The notes: generated by a model from the letters alone, not told the origin. Positions 1 to 9,684 are shown, numbered from the stretch's first letter. The stretch is 27,433 nt of DNA from Octopus sinensis (GCF_006345805.1 NW_021833331.1:1-27433), one strand, 5' to 3'. Program-made: numbers and translations.

Positions 1-1620
1 TGAAGTTCCGATTGACAATGAAGCAAAGCAAGGCGATATTCTGCCCCCCCCCCAATCTTTTCTATATAATCTTTAGTTGTTCTGCTTACCCATGTATTCG
101 ACAACTGTGCTAAGGGCATCTTCCTGCAGTTCTGAACTACTGGAAAGTTCTTCAATTTGAGAAGGTTCAACTTCAAATCAGAAACGTTTGAAATATTGAT
201 CAAGGAACTTCTATGTGCTCGCACCACTGATGACATGCAACGCATTTTGGATCGCGTCGATGCTCCATGTGTGGCCTTTGGTCTTAAAATAAGTCTAAAA
301 CCGCTGCCACCCCCAAAAACCAGGTAGTGTGCACACCTGTACCAGGCAGACTGTATGTCGAAGCAGATATCGTAGAATGCTGTACTGGTTTGGGTGCAGT
401 TGACATTTTTGTTTACCTAGGCAGCTTGTTATCGTGAGATAATTCCCTACACGCAGAAATACATCTAGGTATTCAGAAAGCACATGTAGCATTCGGGAAG
501 CTTAAAAAGAGAGACTGGGCAGATCCCAGCATCACCATCATGATTAAGCTGAGCTTTTACAGGTCTTGCTTACTAATGGCTCTGTTGTATTCTTCTGATA
601 CTTGGACCGTACACCGTAGGCATCTTAAGCTGCTTGAGCACTTTCATAGAAAAATGTTTGAGACACATACTCAACATCAAGTGGCAAAATAAAAAGCCTG
701 ACACAGAAATCCTTGCAATGGTGGGATGCGCAAACATCCAGTCACTCGTCATATCTATTCAGATGCGTTGGATAGGCCATTTTGTGCGTATGGAAGATAA
801 TAAGCTCAGCATAGATTCTTTTATGGTGAGCTGTGCTCTGGGAAACGCCCTCAGTACAAGCCGCAAAAAAGTAGAAAGACTGCATAAAAGGCAACTTGAA
901 GAAACTGGAAATCAATGTAAAGAGCCGGGAAGGTCTAGCTTTGGAAGGGGCCGAGTGGAAGAAGCATGTAAAGGAAGGTTGTAAAACTTTTGAAGAGGAT
1001 CGCTTTCGACACGAACGCTTGAAAACGCTGGCTTCGGAGGGGCTGTGATCAGAATCTTAGTACAAAGACTGCATAAAAGGCAACCTGAAGAAACTGGAGA
1101 TCAATGTAAAGAGCCGGGAAGGACTAGCTTTGGAAAGGGCCGAGTGGAAGAAACAAGATCGTAAAACTTTTGAAGAGGATCGCTTTCGACACGAACGCCT
1201 GAAAACGCTGGCTTCGGAGAGGCTGTCAGCAGAACCTTAGTAAGAACTAGTGCTGGCGGTGGGAAACGTGTGGCCGTGTACTCATTTCTTAAAGCTGGGT
1301 ATGTCAACCATCTGAAGTACCATGAAAGATCAAATGTTTGCAGTGTCCGTCCTCCTAGACCAGGTGATAAGATGCGTGTAATGTGTGAAAAGCTTGTAAG
1401 TTGATTTCGGGACCGAAGAGACGTATGACGATTCACAAGGGTCACATCTCACAAAGGGATGAGATCAACCCAGTAGAAGTTACAGTTTTTTTCTGTCACC
1501 AATGCTTCAAACCATGTAGATCTGTAGTGGGACGGAGAGGTCATTGGCGGAAGGGCAGAAGTGTTATTAACAACGAGGAAGCTCAGATAGACACCAATCG
1601 TCAGTGAAAACGGAGCAATA
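1..1620 (+). mobile_element. RTE-clade LINE, decayed 3' half (RT domain, C-terminal region, degenerate C2H2-like fingers); truncated by the window start
   Basis: Manual translation across frameshifts: EVPIDNEAKQGDILP, FNLRR..IKELLCA (the expected ADD motif appears deleted), DDMQRILDRVDAPCVAFGLKISLK, FVYLGS, AFGKLKKRDW, LLYSSDTWTVHRRHLKLLEHF, CLRHILNIKWQ, QMRWIGHFVRMEDNKL. These follow the RTE ORF motif order. Many stops and frameshifts. Confidence 0.9.
875..1242 (+). repeat. Direct tandem duplication inside the RTE ORF (875-1063 and 1064-1242)
   Basis: Both copies begin AAAGACTGCATAAAAGGCAAC and end ...AGAA(T/C)CTTAGTA. They differ by scattered substitutions and a ~10-nt indel. Confidence 0.95.
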
Positions 1621-1651
1621 TATACGTGCACCCCCACACACATCATTCTTC

Positions 1652-1701
<50 letters not shown>

Positions 1702-1744
1702 CCCCCTCTCTTTCTATTTATCTTTTTATCTCTCTTTACTCTTT

Positions 1745-2035
1745 ACTCTTTTACTCTTTTACTTGTTTCAGTCATTTGACTGCGGCCATGCTGGAGCACC
1801 GCCTTTAGTCGAGCAAATCGACCCCAGAACTTATTCTTTGTAAGCCTAGTACTTATTCTATCGGACACTTTTGCCGAACCGCTAAGTAACGGGGACGCAA
1901 ACACACCAGTATCGGTTGTCAAGCGATGTTGGGGTGACAAACACATCACACAAACACACACACACACACATATATACGTATACATATATATACGACGGGT
2001 TTCTTACAGTTTCCGTCTACCAAATCCACTTACAG
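1745..2035 (-). mobile_element. tRNA-derived SINE family 1, partial (3' body + internal CA/TA microsatellite)
   Basis: Reverse complement of the full copy at 2420-2893 (GACTGCGGCCATGCTGGAGCACCGCC...CCGAACCGCTAAG...CCGTCTACCAAATCCAC). Confidence 0.9.
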
Positions 2036-2419
2036 TCCTTTTTTCCCTTAAGTCTGGTATTTACTTTATCGGTTCATTTCACCGAAACGCAAATTTACGG
2101 GGAATGCAAACAAACCAACACCGATTGTCAAGCGGTTTTTTTTTTTTTTTTAATCTCAGACTATTCCTCAGTATCTTGCCTTCTAACAGTGTGCATACAT
2201 TTAGCATGATCCACTAATGTTGATTTAACGCTGTTTCACTTGCATGGAGTGACAACGCCTGACTGGTTTCGTACTTATTAATTCTCATCGGGGATCATTG
2301 ACTTCACTTCTTGCAATTCGTACATCATTCATCACACTCAGTATTGCGTTCGCATTTGATGGAGACTGTTTTACGCTCACTATGCGGGGCATTCAGAAAT
2401 TTCCATCATGATATCTATA

Positions 2420-2582
2420 GGCGCAGGAGTGGCTGTGTGGTAAGTAGCTTACTTACCAGCCACATGGTTCCGGGTTCAGTCCCATTGCGCGGCACCTTGA
2501 GCAAGAGTCTTCTACTATAGCCTTGGGTCGACCAAAGCCTTGTGGGTGGATTTGGTAGACAGAAACCGAAAGAAGCCCGTCG

Positions 2583-2672
<90 letters not shown>

Positions 2673-2893
2673 TGTGTGTATGTTTGTGTGTCTGTGTTTG
2701 TTCCCCCAACATCGCTTGACAACCGATGCTGGTGTGTTTACGTCCCCGTAATTTAGTAGTTCGGCAAAAGAGACCGACAGAATAAGTACTAGGTTTACAA
2801 AGAATAAGTCCTGGGGTCGATTTGTTCGACTAAAGGCGGTGCTCCAGCATGGTCGCAGTCAAATGACTGAAGCAAATAAAAGAATAAAAGAAT
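2420..2893 (+). mobile_element. tRNA-derived SINE family 1, full length (tRNA-like head, CORE-like segment, internal (TA)n(TG)n, 3' body, AATAAAAG tail)
   Basis: Head GGCGCAGGAGTGGCTGTGTGGTAAG with B-box-like GGTTCAGTCCC, then GGCACCTTGAGCAAG. Recurs more than 10 times in the window on both strands. Resembles octopus OK/OR SINEs (recognition, not searched). Confidence 0.9.
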
Positions 2894-3030
2894 ATCTGCT
2901 CATCAGTCAACATTATATATTTCTAGAGAAGATCATTGATACCACTCAATATTATTGAACTTTACCTAATATTATTAACCAACATTAAACATTACTGACC
3001 AATAATATAGTCAATATTACTGATAGTCAT

Positions 3031-3232
3031 AAGGCGGCCTTGCATAAATGCTTAGCGACATTTCATCCGTCTTTGTATTCTGAGTTCAAGTTCCATCGAG
3101 GTCGAATTTGCCTTTCATCCTTACGGGGTCGATAAAATAAGTACCATTTGAGCACTGGGAGGTCGATGTAATCAACCTAACACCCCTCCCCCGAAATTTC
3201 TGCCCTTGTTATAAAATTTGAGCCCGTTATTA
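3031..3232 (+). mobile_element. tRNA-derived SINE family 2
   Basis: GTTCTGAGTTCAA(A/G)TTCC..GAGGTCGA.TTTGCCTTTCATCC...GGGGTCGATAAAATAAGTACCA, shared with copies at 4009, 4425, 6515, 7753 and 20790. Confidence 0.85.
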
Positions 3233-3867
3233 TTGATAGTCAGTCAATATATTTTATCATCAGTCAAAATTAATGATCGCTAATCGATAATGAATCAGTA
3301 ATGAATACTTTTGATCACCAATAAACATTATTACCCATCAGCCATCAACAATTATGATTGTCATTACTGATCGTCATTCAACCAAAGTGATCATCAGCCT
3401 GCATTATTGATCACCAGTCAACACAATTGATCACTATTCAAAATTATTGGCTGTCAGTTATCTTCACTAATAACTCGTTACAATTACTGAAAATCGTTAA
3501 GATCAGCCAGTATTAATCATTAATCATCTATCAATATGACTGAGTGTCAGTCAACGTTATTATTAGTCAGCGTTATTTCTCTCCTGTCAACACTATTGAC
3601 TACCAGCCACCATTAATCGCCATCACTCAACATTATATACTACAAGTCATCATTAATGATCATTAGTTATTATCTGATGATTAATAGTGTTGACTGAAGG
3701 TCAATAATTTTGGCTCGTGATTTATAATGATGACTAATGACTACAAATGTTGATTAATGATTAATAATGTTCACTGCATATTCATAATCATGACTAATGA
3801 TTAACAATGTTGGCTGGTAATCGATAATTTGACTGATTTTCAATTATGGTGATTGATGATCAATAGA

Positions 3868-3935
3868 CCCTTCAAGGCGGTGCTCCAGCGTGGTCACAGT
3901 CAAATAACTGAAACAGGTAAGGGATAAAAGATTAA
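3868..3935 (+). mobile_element. SINE family 1, 3' tail fragment
   Basis: AAGGCGGTGCTCCAGCGTGGTCACAGTCAAATAACTGAAACAGGTAAG matches the family 1 3' end. Confidence 0.8.
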
Positions 3936-4008
3936 TAGTGACCACTGAGCATTTTCGACAATCAGTTAGTATCGTTAATCCTCATGAAACATTAGTCACG
4001 AGCTAAAG

Positions 4009-4235
4009 AGAGGTGGACTGGCAGAACCATTAGAGCGTCGGAAAAAAAATTCCTTTCGACACTCATTTCGGTTCTTTACGCTCTCAGTTGAAGTTCCACT
4101 GAGGTCAACGTTGTCTTTCAGCCCTCCGGGGTCGATTAAAATGAAGTACCAGCCAAGTACAGGAGTCGATTGTATCGACTAAACGCCTCCTTTCAAAGTT
4201 GCTACATTTTTACCTAAATTAAAAACAATTGTTAA
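4009..4235 (+). mobile_element. SINE family 2
   Basis: GGTGGACTGGCAGAACCATTAGAGCGTCGG...GAGGTCAACGTTGTCTTTCAGCCC...GGGGTCGATTAAAATGAAGTACCAG. Confidence 0.85.
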
Positions 4236-4424
4236 TCACAAGTCAAGATTATTGATCACGACAGATCAATACTAAACATTTTAAAATACCAGTGAACGCT
4301 ATTGAGCATCAGTCACAATTATTAATCAACAGTCAGCACTATTGATCATAAGTCAATATCATTGATTACGAATAATAAACATTATTGGTCTCTACTCAGT
4401 ATTATTGGTTGCCTGATATTATTG

Positions 4425-4585
4425 TTCGTCTTCGCGTTCTGAGTTCAAATTCCGACGAGGTCGACTTTGCTTTTTATCCTTGCGAGGTCGACAAAATAAG
4501 TACCAGTTGAGCACTGGGGTTGATGTAAACGGTGAGCACCCTCCTGCAAAATTTCAGGTCTTGTATTTTTAGTAGAAGCATTATT
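4425..4585 (+). mobile_element. SINE family 2, 5'-truncated
   Basis: GTTCTGAGTTCAAATTCCGACGAGGTCGACTTTGC...AAAATAAGTACCAGTTGAGCACTGGGG. Confidence 0.85.
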
Positions 4586-4628
4586 ATTCACTGCTAGATA
4601 ACTTATTGAACACCAGTTGATATTATGG

Positions 4629-4629
<1 letters not shown>

Positions 4630-4714
<85 letters not shown>
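4630..4714. repeat. (TA)n microsatellite
   Basis: Directly visible. Confidence 0.95.
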
Positions 4715-4716
<2 letters not shown>

Positions 4717-4807
4717 GTGGTTAATTCGCAATTTTACAACCTAAATGCAGAAATATAGACGTCACTAAAGTGTACTTTTAGGTTGTAAAATTGCGAATAA
4801 GCCACCC
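4715..4807. mobile_element. 93-bp hairpin / mini-MITE with 31-bp inverted arms
   Basis: Left arm GGGTGGTTAATTCGCAATTTTACAACCTAAA (4715-4745) versus right arm 4777-4807 (reverse complement GGGTGGCTTATTCGCAATTTTACAACCTAAA): 29/31 match. Flanked by ATAT on both sides. Confidence 0.7.
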
Positions 4808-5109
4808 ATATTGTTTATAATTTTCACTTTTACCGTTTATGAAATCAGCGTATGATTTCAACGGAAACCTTATACACTGACAAAGCGAGCTGAGTTTTGC
4901 ACTAGGCGCATTAAATACGAGCATTAAAATACAGAAGCATTAAAGTACGAAGTCATCGATGCTCTGGCTGTGTCCGCTGCTGTAGGGAGCTTGCCCACCC
5001 CCACTGTCAGCCATTCAGATAGTGCTTTCCGTGGCTATTGAGTTGTTTTTACTCCTATTCATAGCAATAATGGTGCTGAATAGTACTATATATATATATA
5101 TATATATAT

Positions 5110-5400
5110 CACGTGATCACGTGACCGACCAGACCATCAGATGTTGTTACACATCGCTGGTCACAATGCGTTCGCATTGTTTTAGCCTTTGAATGACGCC
5201 ACCCCGCTGGCTAAGCGAGCAGGCCAACAGAAGAAGGAGTGGGAGAAAGAGTGGTGAAAGAGTACAGCAGGGATCACCCCCCCCCTGCCGGAGCGTCGTG
5301 GTGGTTTTTTTAGGTGTTTTCGCTCAATAAACACTCACAACGCCGGTCTGGGAATCGAAACCGCGATCCTACGACCGCGAGTTCGTCTGCCCTACCACTG

Positions 5401-5404
<4 letters not shown>
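5110..5404 (-). mobile_element. tRNA-derived SINE family 3
   Basis: Minus strand reads ATGGCCAGTGGTAGGGCAG...GGATCGCGGTTTCGATTCCCAGACC (A/B-box-like); homologous to the head at 20302. The 3' end carries the palindrome CACGTGATCACGTG. Confidence 0.85.
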
Positions 5405-5467
<63 letters not shown>

Positions 5468-5507
5468 ATATATAATATATATAGATATATATATATATAT
5501 ATACAGC

Positions 5508-5896
5508 AATCCTGCCAAAATGACCCAAGATTTGTGGATGAAAATGGCATTTAAAAAGCTTTCATTGCCGAGCCAGTCACCAGATATGAACCCTATTGAA
5601 TACCTCTGGGACATAATGGACAGGACATTTCATTAAATGAACAAAAAAGCATCTACAAAGCCAGATCTTTTGAGATTTACTGCATGAAACTTGGCAAGAA
5701 ATTCTTCAAGAGAATATTCGTCATCTGATCAGTAGCATGCCTAATAGGGCCTTGCATTGAAAAATGCAAAGGGCACGTCTACTAAGTATTAAATGTCCAC
5801 ATTACAATAATAAATATATAATTTGAATGTATAATTTCAGATTTAAATAAATGTTAATGATTATAAGAGTGTCTATTTACTTCTGTCATGCCTGTG
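5508..5896 (+). mobile_element. Tc1-like transposon right end: transposase C-terminal relic plus probable right TIR
   Basis: Translation AKMTQDLW..LPSQSPDMNPIEYLWDIMDR, then after frameshifts LHETWQEILQENIRHLISSMPNR..KG..STKY*. This matches the Tc1 SPDLNPIE and C-terminal motifs. Ends ...GTCTATTTACTTCTGTCATGCCTGTG|TA. Confidence 0.85.
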
Positions 5897-6239
5897 TATA
5901 TGATATGGGTGGCTATATTCCAAGATTGACGTCTATATATATATATATTACGGCTTCTCTTGTCGATTTCGATGTTTAAAGGTCTTGTTCGATCAGCGGA
6001 GCAAACCATTCATTAAATTATCGTGCAAAGTGACTGATAGTGCTTTGGACACGTCTACCATCAACGTAAATCAACGTAGAATCAGCATGACACACCCTGA
6101 AACAGCGTGATATTGCTGGACTTTTGAATAAGAGGCAAGTCCACCCGATGGGCAAAGAAGACATGAGCAAAAAAACGGAAATAAGAAAATACATCCTCTG
6201 CGAAAGCCATGATTTTGTCGCGGTTCTTCCATCAAACAC

Positions 6240-6505
6240 CTACAAAACAACAGAAAAATCTAAAGAACTAAAAAACTCTTAGGGCCAAACAAAACCCCAA
6301 ACATACCCCTTAAAACACTTATGACCCGATGGAATCACTGTATTCACCAACATTGGCAATTACTGGTACCAAGGCTGTTATATTCTAAGAAGCTCGAACC
6401 TGGGCGAAATCGTAAGAAATTTAAAGTCCTCTAAAGACCCAAATGAAGTAACATCATATTGAACTATTACTCCTCTATGCATTCTGTTTGCTAGCATTAT
6501 CGATT
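6240..6505 (+). mobile_element. Degenerate LINE RT N-terminal fragment (I/Jockey-like; clade uncertain); may extend upstream to ~5950
   Basis: One frame reads PLKHL*PDGITVFTNIGNYWYQGCYILRSSNLGEIVRNLKSSKDPNEVTSY*TITPLCIL, resembling the LKHL...IFN.IW..G.IP..W..A.IVPILKPGKDP...SYRPISLLC motif. Confidence 0.7.
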
Positions 6506-6514
6506 AGCTGTCAA

Positions 6515-6732
6515 TATTGATTTAAAATTTTGTCACAGGGTTGGCAATTCTGGGGAAGGAGGTAAGTCGATCACGTCGGCCCCAGTACGCAACTGATACT
6601 TATTTTATCGACCCTGAAAGGATGAAGGGCAAAGTCGACCTTGCCGAAATTTGAACTCAGAACGTGAATACGGATGGTATGTCGCTAAACATTTTGCCCG
6701 GCGTGTTAACGATTCTGTCAGCTTACTGCCTT
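6515..6732 (-). mobile_element. SINE family 2
   Basis: Reverse complement of family 2 (TACTTATTTTATCGACCCTGAAAGGATGAAGGGCAAAGTCGACC...GAACTCAGAACG). Confidence 0.85.
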
Positions 6733-6734
6733 AG

Positions 6735-8180
6735 TTGTCGACATTATTGTTGATGATCTTTTAATATTATTGATATTCAGTCTCCATTATCGATTACATG
6801 TGAACATTGTTGATCATCAGTAAACATCACCAATCATTAGTCAGCATTATTGATCACTATTCAATATCATTGGTTTCCAGTTCACATATTAACGATCATT
6901 GAATATTATTGATGCTTAGTGTTCATTACTAATTACATGTCAACAGTATTAATCTTTTGTTAAACTTATCAAACATTAGTCAACATTATTGATGACTATT
7001 CTGTATTATCAATCATTAGTCAACATTATTAATTAATTACCATTCAATATTATTGATACTCAGTGAACATTACTGATTACAAGCAATACATTATTAATCA
7101 TCAGTCAACGTTGTCAATCATTAATCAACATTATTAATTATCATTCAGAACTATTGATACTCAGTGACCATTCTTGATTACGCGTCAAACAGTATTAATC
7201 ATCAGTCAACATTATCACTCATTATTCAACATTATCGATGACCATTCAATATTATTGATAACCAATCCATATTGTTAATGACGATTCAATATTATTGATA
7301 TTCAGTCATCATTATTGATTACTAGTCCATATTATTATAACCATCAGTCAACATTATAGACCACCAATCCATCATCGATAATTAATGAACATTATACTTC
7401 ATCAGTTAACATCATTAACCACCAGTTAACACCATCCATCACTAATTAACATTATTAATCAACAGTCAACATTATTGATTATCAGACGATATAATTGATC
7501 AGCAGTAAACGTTATTAATAAAATCTCAACAGTATTGATTATTAGTCGGTATTATTAATCACCATTCAAGATCATCGATCATTATTGAACCTTATTAATT
7601 ACCACTATTGATAGTAAGTTACGATTATTAATCAACAGACAACATTATTGATCAGCAGTAAACAATATTGATTGACCACCAGTCACCACTGACCATCAAG
7701 TGATCATTAGTTAATACCATCTCTCATTAATCACCATTATTAGTCACAAATCGAAAGGTGGCGAGCTGGAAGGGCAGACAGTTAGAGTGTCGGACAAAAT
7801 GTTAGCTGGTATTTCTTTCGGTTCATTACGCTCGGAGTTCAAAATCAACTGAAGTCGACTTTGTCTTTCATCCTCTCGGGATCGATAAAATAAGTACCGA
7901 TTGAGCACTGAAGTCGATAGAATAGACTATCCCGCACCCCCAAAGCCGTTGGCCTGGAGCCAAAATTTGAAACCATTATTAGTCACAAATCAATTTTACT
8001 GATTACCAGTCAATATTATTGATCAACATAATTGATCTCGCCAATTAAAATTATCGATTATCCATTTTCAGTATTGTTAAAAAATATTGATCTTCGGCCA
8101 ACACTATTGATCTGCAGACAAAATCACCTGACATGATCCGAATGGCATTTACAAATCATCGATAATTTCTTAATTGATCA
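6735..8180 (+). repeat. Degenerate ~20-bp AT-rich satellite, block 2 (about 1 kb uninterrupted at 6735-7745)
   Basis: AGTCAACATTATTGAT / ATTCAATATTATTGAT variants repeated at ~20-nt spacing. Confidence 0.85.
7753..7980 (+). mobile_element. SINE family 2, near full length
   Basis: GGTGGCGAGCTGG...GAGTTCAAAATC...GTCGACTTTGTCTTTCATCC...ATAAAATAAGTACC...AAAATTTGAAACCATTATT. Confidence 0.85.
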
Positions 8181-8199
8181 TCGATCAGCATAAAGTTTC

Positions 8200-8455
8200 G
8201 TGTTACCATCATACAATGTTGACTGTCTGCATAACAACCATGTCACCATAGCAACCATATCATCAATGTTGACTGCCACCAGAGCAACCGCGTCACCAAT
8301 GTACAATGTTGACTGTCGCCATAGCAACAATGACACCAATGTTGATTGTCGCCATAGCAACAATGTCACCAGTGTTGACTATCACTATAGCAACCATGTT
8401 ACCAATGCTGCAATGTTGACAGTTACCATAGCAACCTTGTCACTGGTGTACAATA
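8200..8455 (+). repeat. ~33-bp minisatellite (CAATGTTGACTGTCGCCATAGCAACAATGTCAC), about 6-7 units
   Basis: Units at exact 33-nt spacing at 8315, 8348 and 8381; more divergent units flank them. Confidence 0.9.
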
Positions 8456-8547
8456 ATCTGAACGGCCGTCATTTTCACTGATCCATCGACAAACAAGATA
8501 CAGCAACAAAGACATATCACAAACATAACCTTTATGCTACAGTTTTA

Positions 8548-8581
<34 letters not shown>

Positions 8582-8583
<2 letters not shown>

Positions 8584-8690
8584 CATCACGTTGAAAGTAC
8601 CGGTTCTCGTCCGATCACCGAAGTTAAGCAACGTCGAGCCTAGTTAGTACTTAGATTGGTCACCGCTTGGGAAACATAGGTACTGTAAGC
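8582..8690 (+). pseudogene. 5S rRNA pseudogene (5' end missing, box C substitutions)
   Basis: ATCACGTTGAAAGTACCGGTTCTCGTCCGATCACCGAAGTTAAGCAACGTCGAGCCTAGTTAGTACTTAGATTGGTCACCGCTTGGGAAACATAGGTACTGTAAGC is colinear with metazoan 5S rRNA. The first ~10 nt are replaced by (GT)n. Confidence 0.9.
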
Positions 8691-8705
8691 GTCACATATT
8701 TTATA

Positions 8706-8847
8706 GGCGTAGGAGTAGCTGTGTGGTAAGTAGCTTCCTTACCAACCACATGGTTCCAGGTTCTGCTATAGCGTCTTCTACTATAGCCTCGGGTCGACCA
8801 AACCTTGTGAGTGGATTTGGTAGACGGAAATTGAAAGAAGCCCATCG

Positions 8848-8879
<32 letters not shown>

Positions 8880-9100
8880 AGTGTGGAGGGGTTTTTGTGC
8901 TTGTGTTTGTCCCCCCAACATCGCTTGACAACCGATGGTGGTGTGTTTACGTCCCTGTAACATAGCGGTTCGGCAAAAGAGATCGATAGAATAAGTACTA
9001 GGCTTACAAAGAATAAGTCCTGGGGTCGATATGCTCGACTAAAGACGGTGCTCCAGCATGGCCGCAGCCAAATGACGGAAACAAGTAAAAGAGTAAAGAG
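8706..9100 (+). mobile_element. SINE family 1 (small deletion in the head)
   Basis: Same modules as 2420-2893. Confidence 0.9.
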
Positions 9101-9176
9101 TGTGACAAGGTAGAAAATTGAAGTTGACCAGCTGACTACATTACAAAGTGAAGCAAGTGTACCTGAGTGCGCGCGC

Positions 9177-9220
<44 letters not shown>

Positions 9221-9224
9221 TAAT

Positions 9225-9385
9225 GTGAAGGTGCATGGTTCACAATCAGCTCACAATCGAGCTCACAATCACGGAGTAGTGCGTTCGATTTCTGGACCGC
9301 GCTGCGTGTTGTGTTCTTGAGCAAGACACTTTATTTCACGTTGCTCCAGTTCATTCAGCTTTAGAAACGAGTTGCGATGTCACTG
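9225..9385 (+). mobile_element. tRNA-derived SINE family 4 fragment (CORE-like)
   Basis: GTGAAGGTGCATGG...GCGTTCGATTTCTGGACC...GTGTTGTGTTCTTGAGCAAGACACTTTATTTCACGTTGCTCCAG. The A-box region is replaced by three copies of TCACAATC. Confidence 0.7.
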
Positions 9386-9684
9386 TAATGAAATCGTAGC
9401 CACGACTGATCCTTTTGAAAGACATTGTCCAGTCGTTTACGATTGTCCCGTGTTCTTATTACATTTTGATGAATTTTTTATAGGCAAAAACCTATCAGTT
9501 TATTCCACAGTATTTTGTAGTATCGCTTTCTGCAATCAACGATGTCTTATAACTGTTTTTTTTTTTTAAATCACATCTCGTACTATCACAATTTTCGGCA
9601 AAGATAATTGAGATGGAATTTTACAAATGATAGTCCTTTTTTTTTTACGTGACTAGGTCTGGAGGAAATGGACGCGCCCAGTAC

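Larger units (their letters stand above)
2895..4625. repeat. Degenerate ~20-bp AT-rich satellite (approx. AGTCAACATTATTGATCATC), block 1, interrupted by SINEs, inverted at ~3665-3870
   Basis: Recurrent CAGTCAACATTATTGAT variants every ~20 nt. The reverse form (AATGTTGACTGA, ATGATTAATAATGTT) dominates 3665-3870. Confidence 0.8.

Noticed and set aside
2378-2410. Mariner-like TIR (TATGCGGGGCATTCAGAAA)
   Set aside because: No matching second TIR or transposase relic found nearby.
2420-2495. tRNA genes at SINE heads (also 20302 and 9225)
   Set aside because: Only A/B-box-like remnants fused to SINE bodies; I could not build a full cloverleaf.
6735-7745. Possible CRISPR-like or protein-coding repeat array
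   Set aside because: Units are contiguous and degenerate with no unique spacers; no cas genes; eukaryotic context; no open frame.
8200-8481. 93-aa repeat ORF (NVDCRHSNN units) as a real protein
   Set aside because: A 33-bp unit is a multiple of 3, so an open frame is expected; no splice context or recognisable domain. Not fully excluded without RNA data.
8582-8690. Functional 5S rRNA gene
   Set aside because: 5' end missing, box C and the terminal stem mutated, and not in a tandem array.
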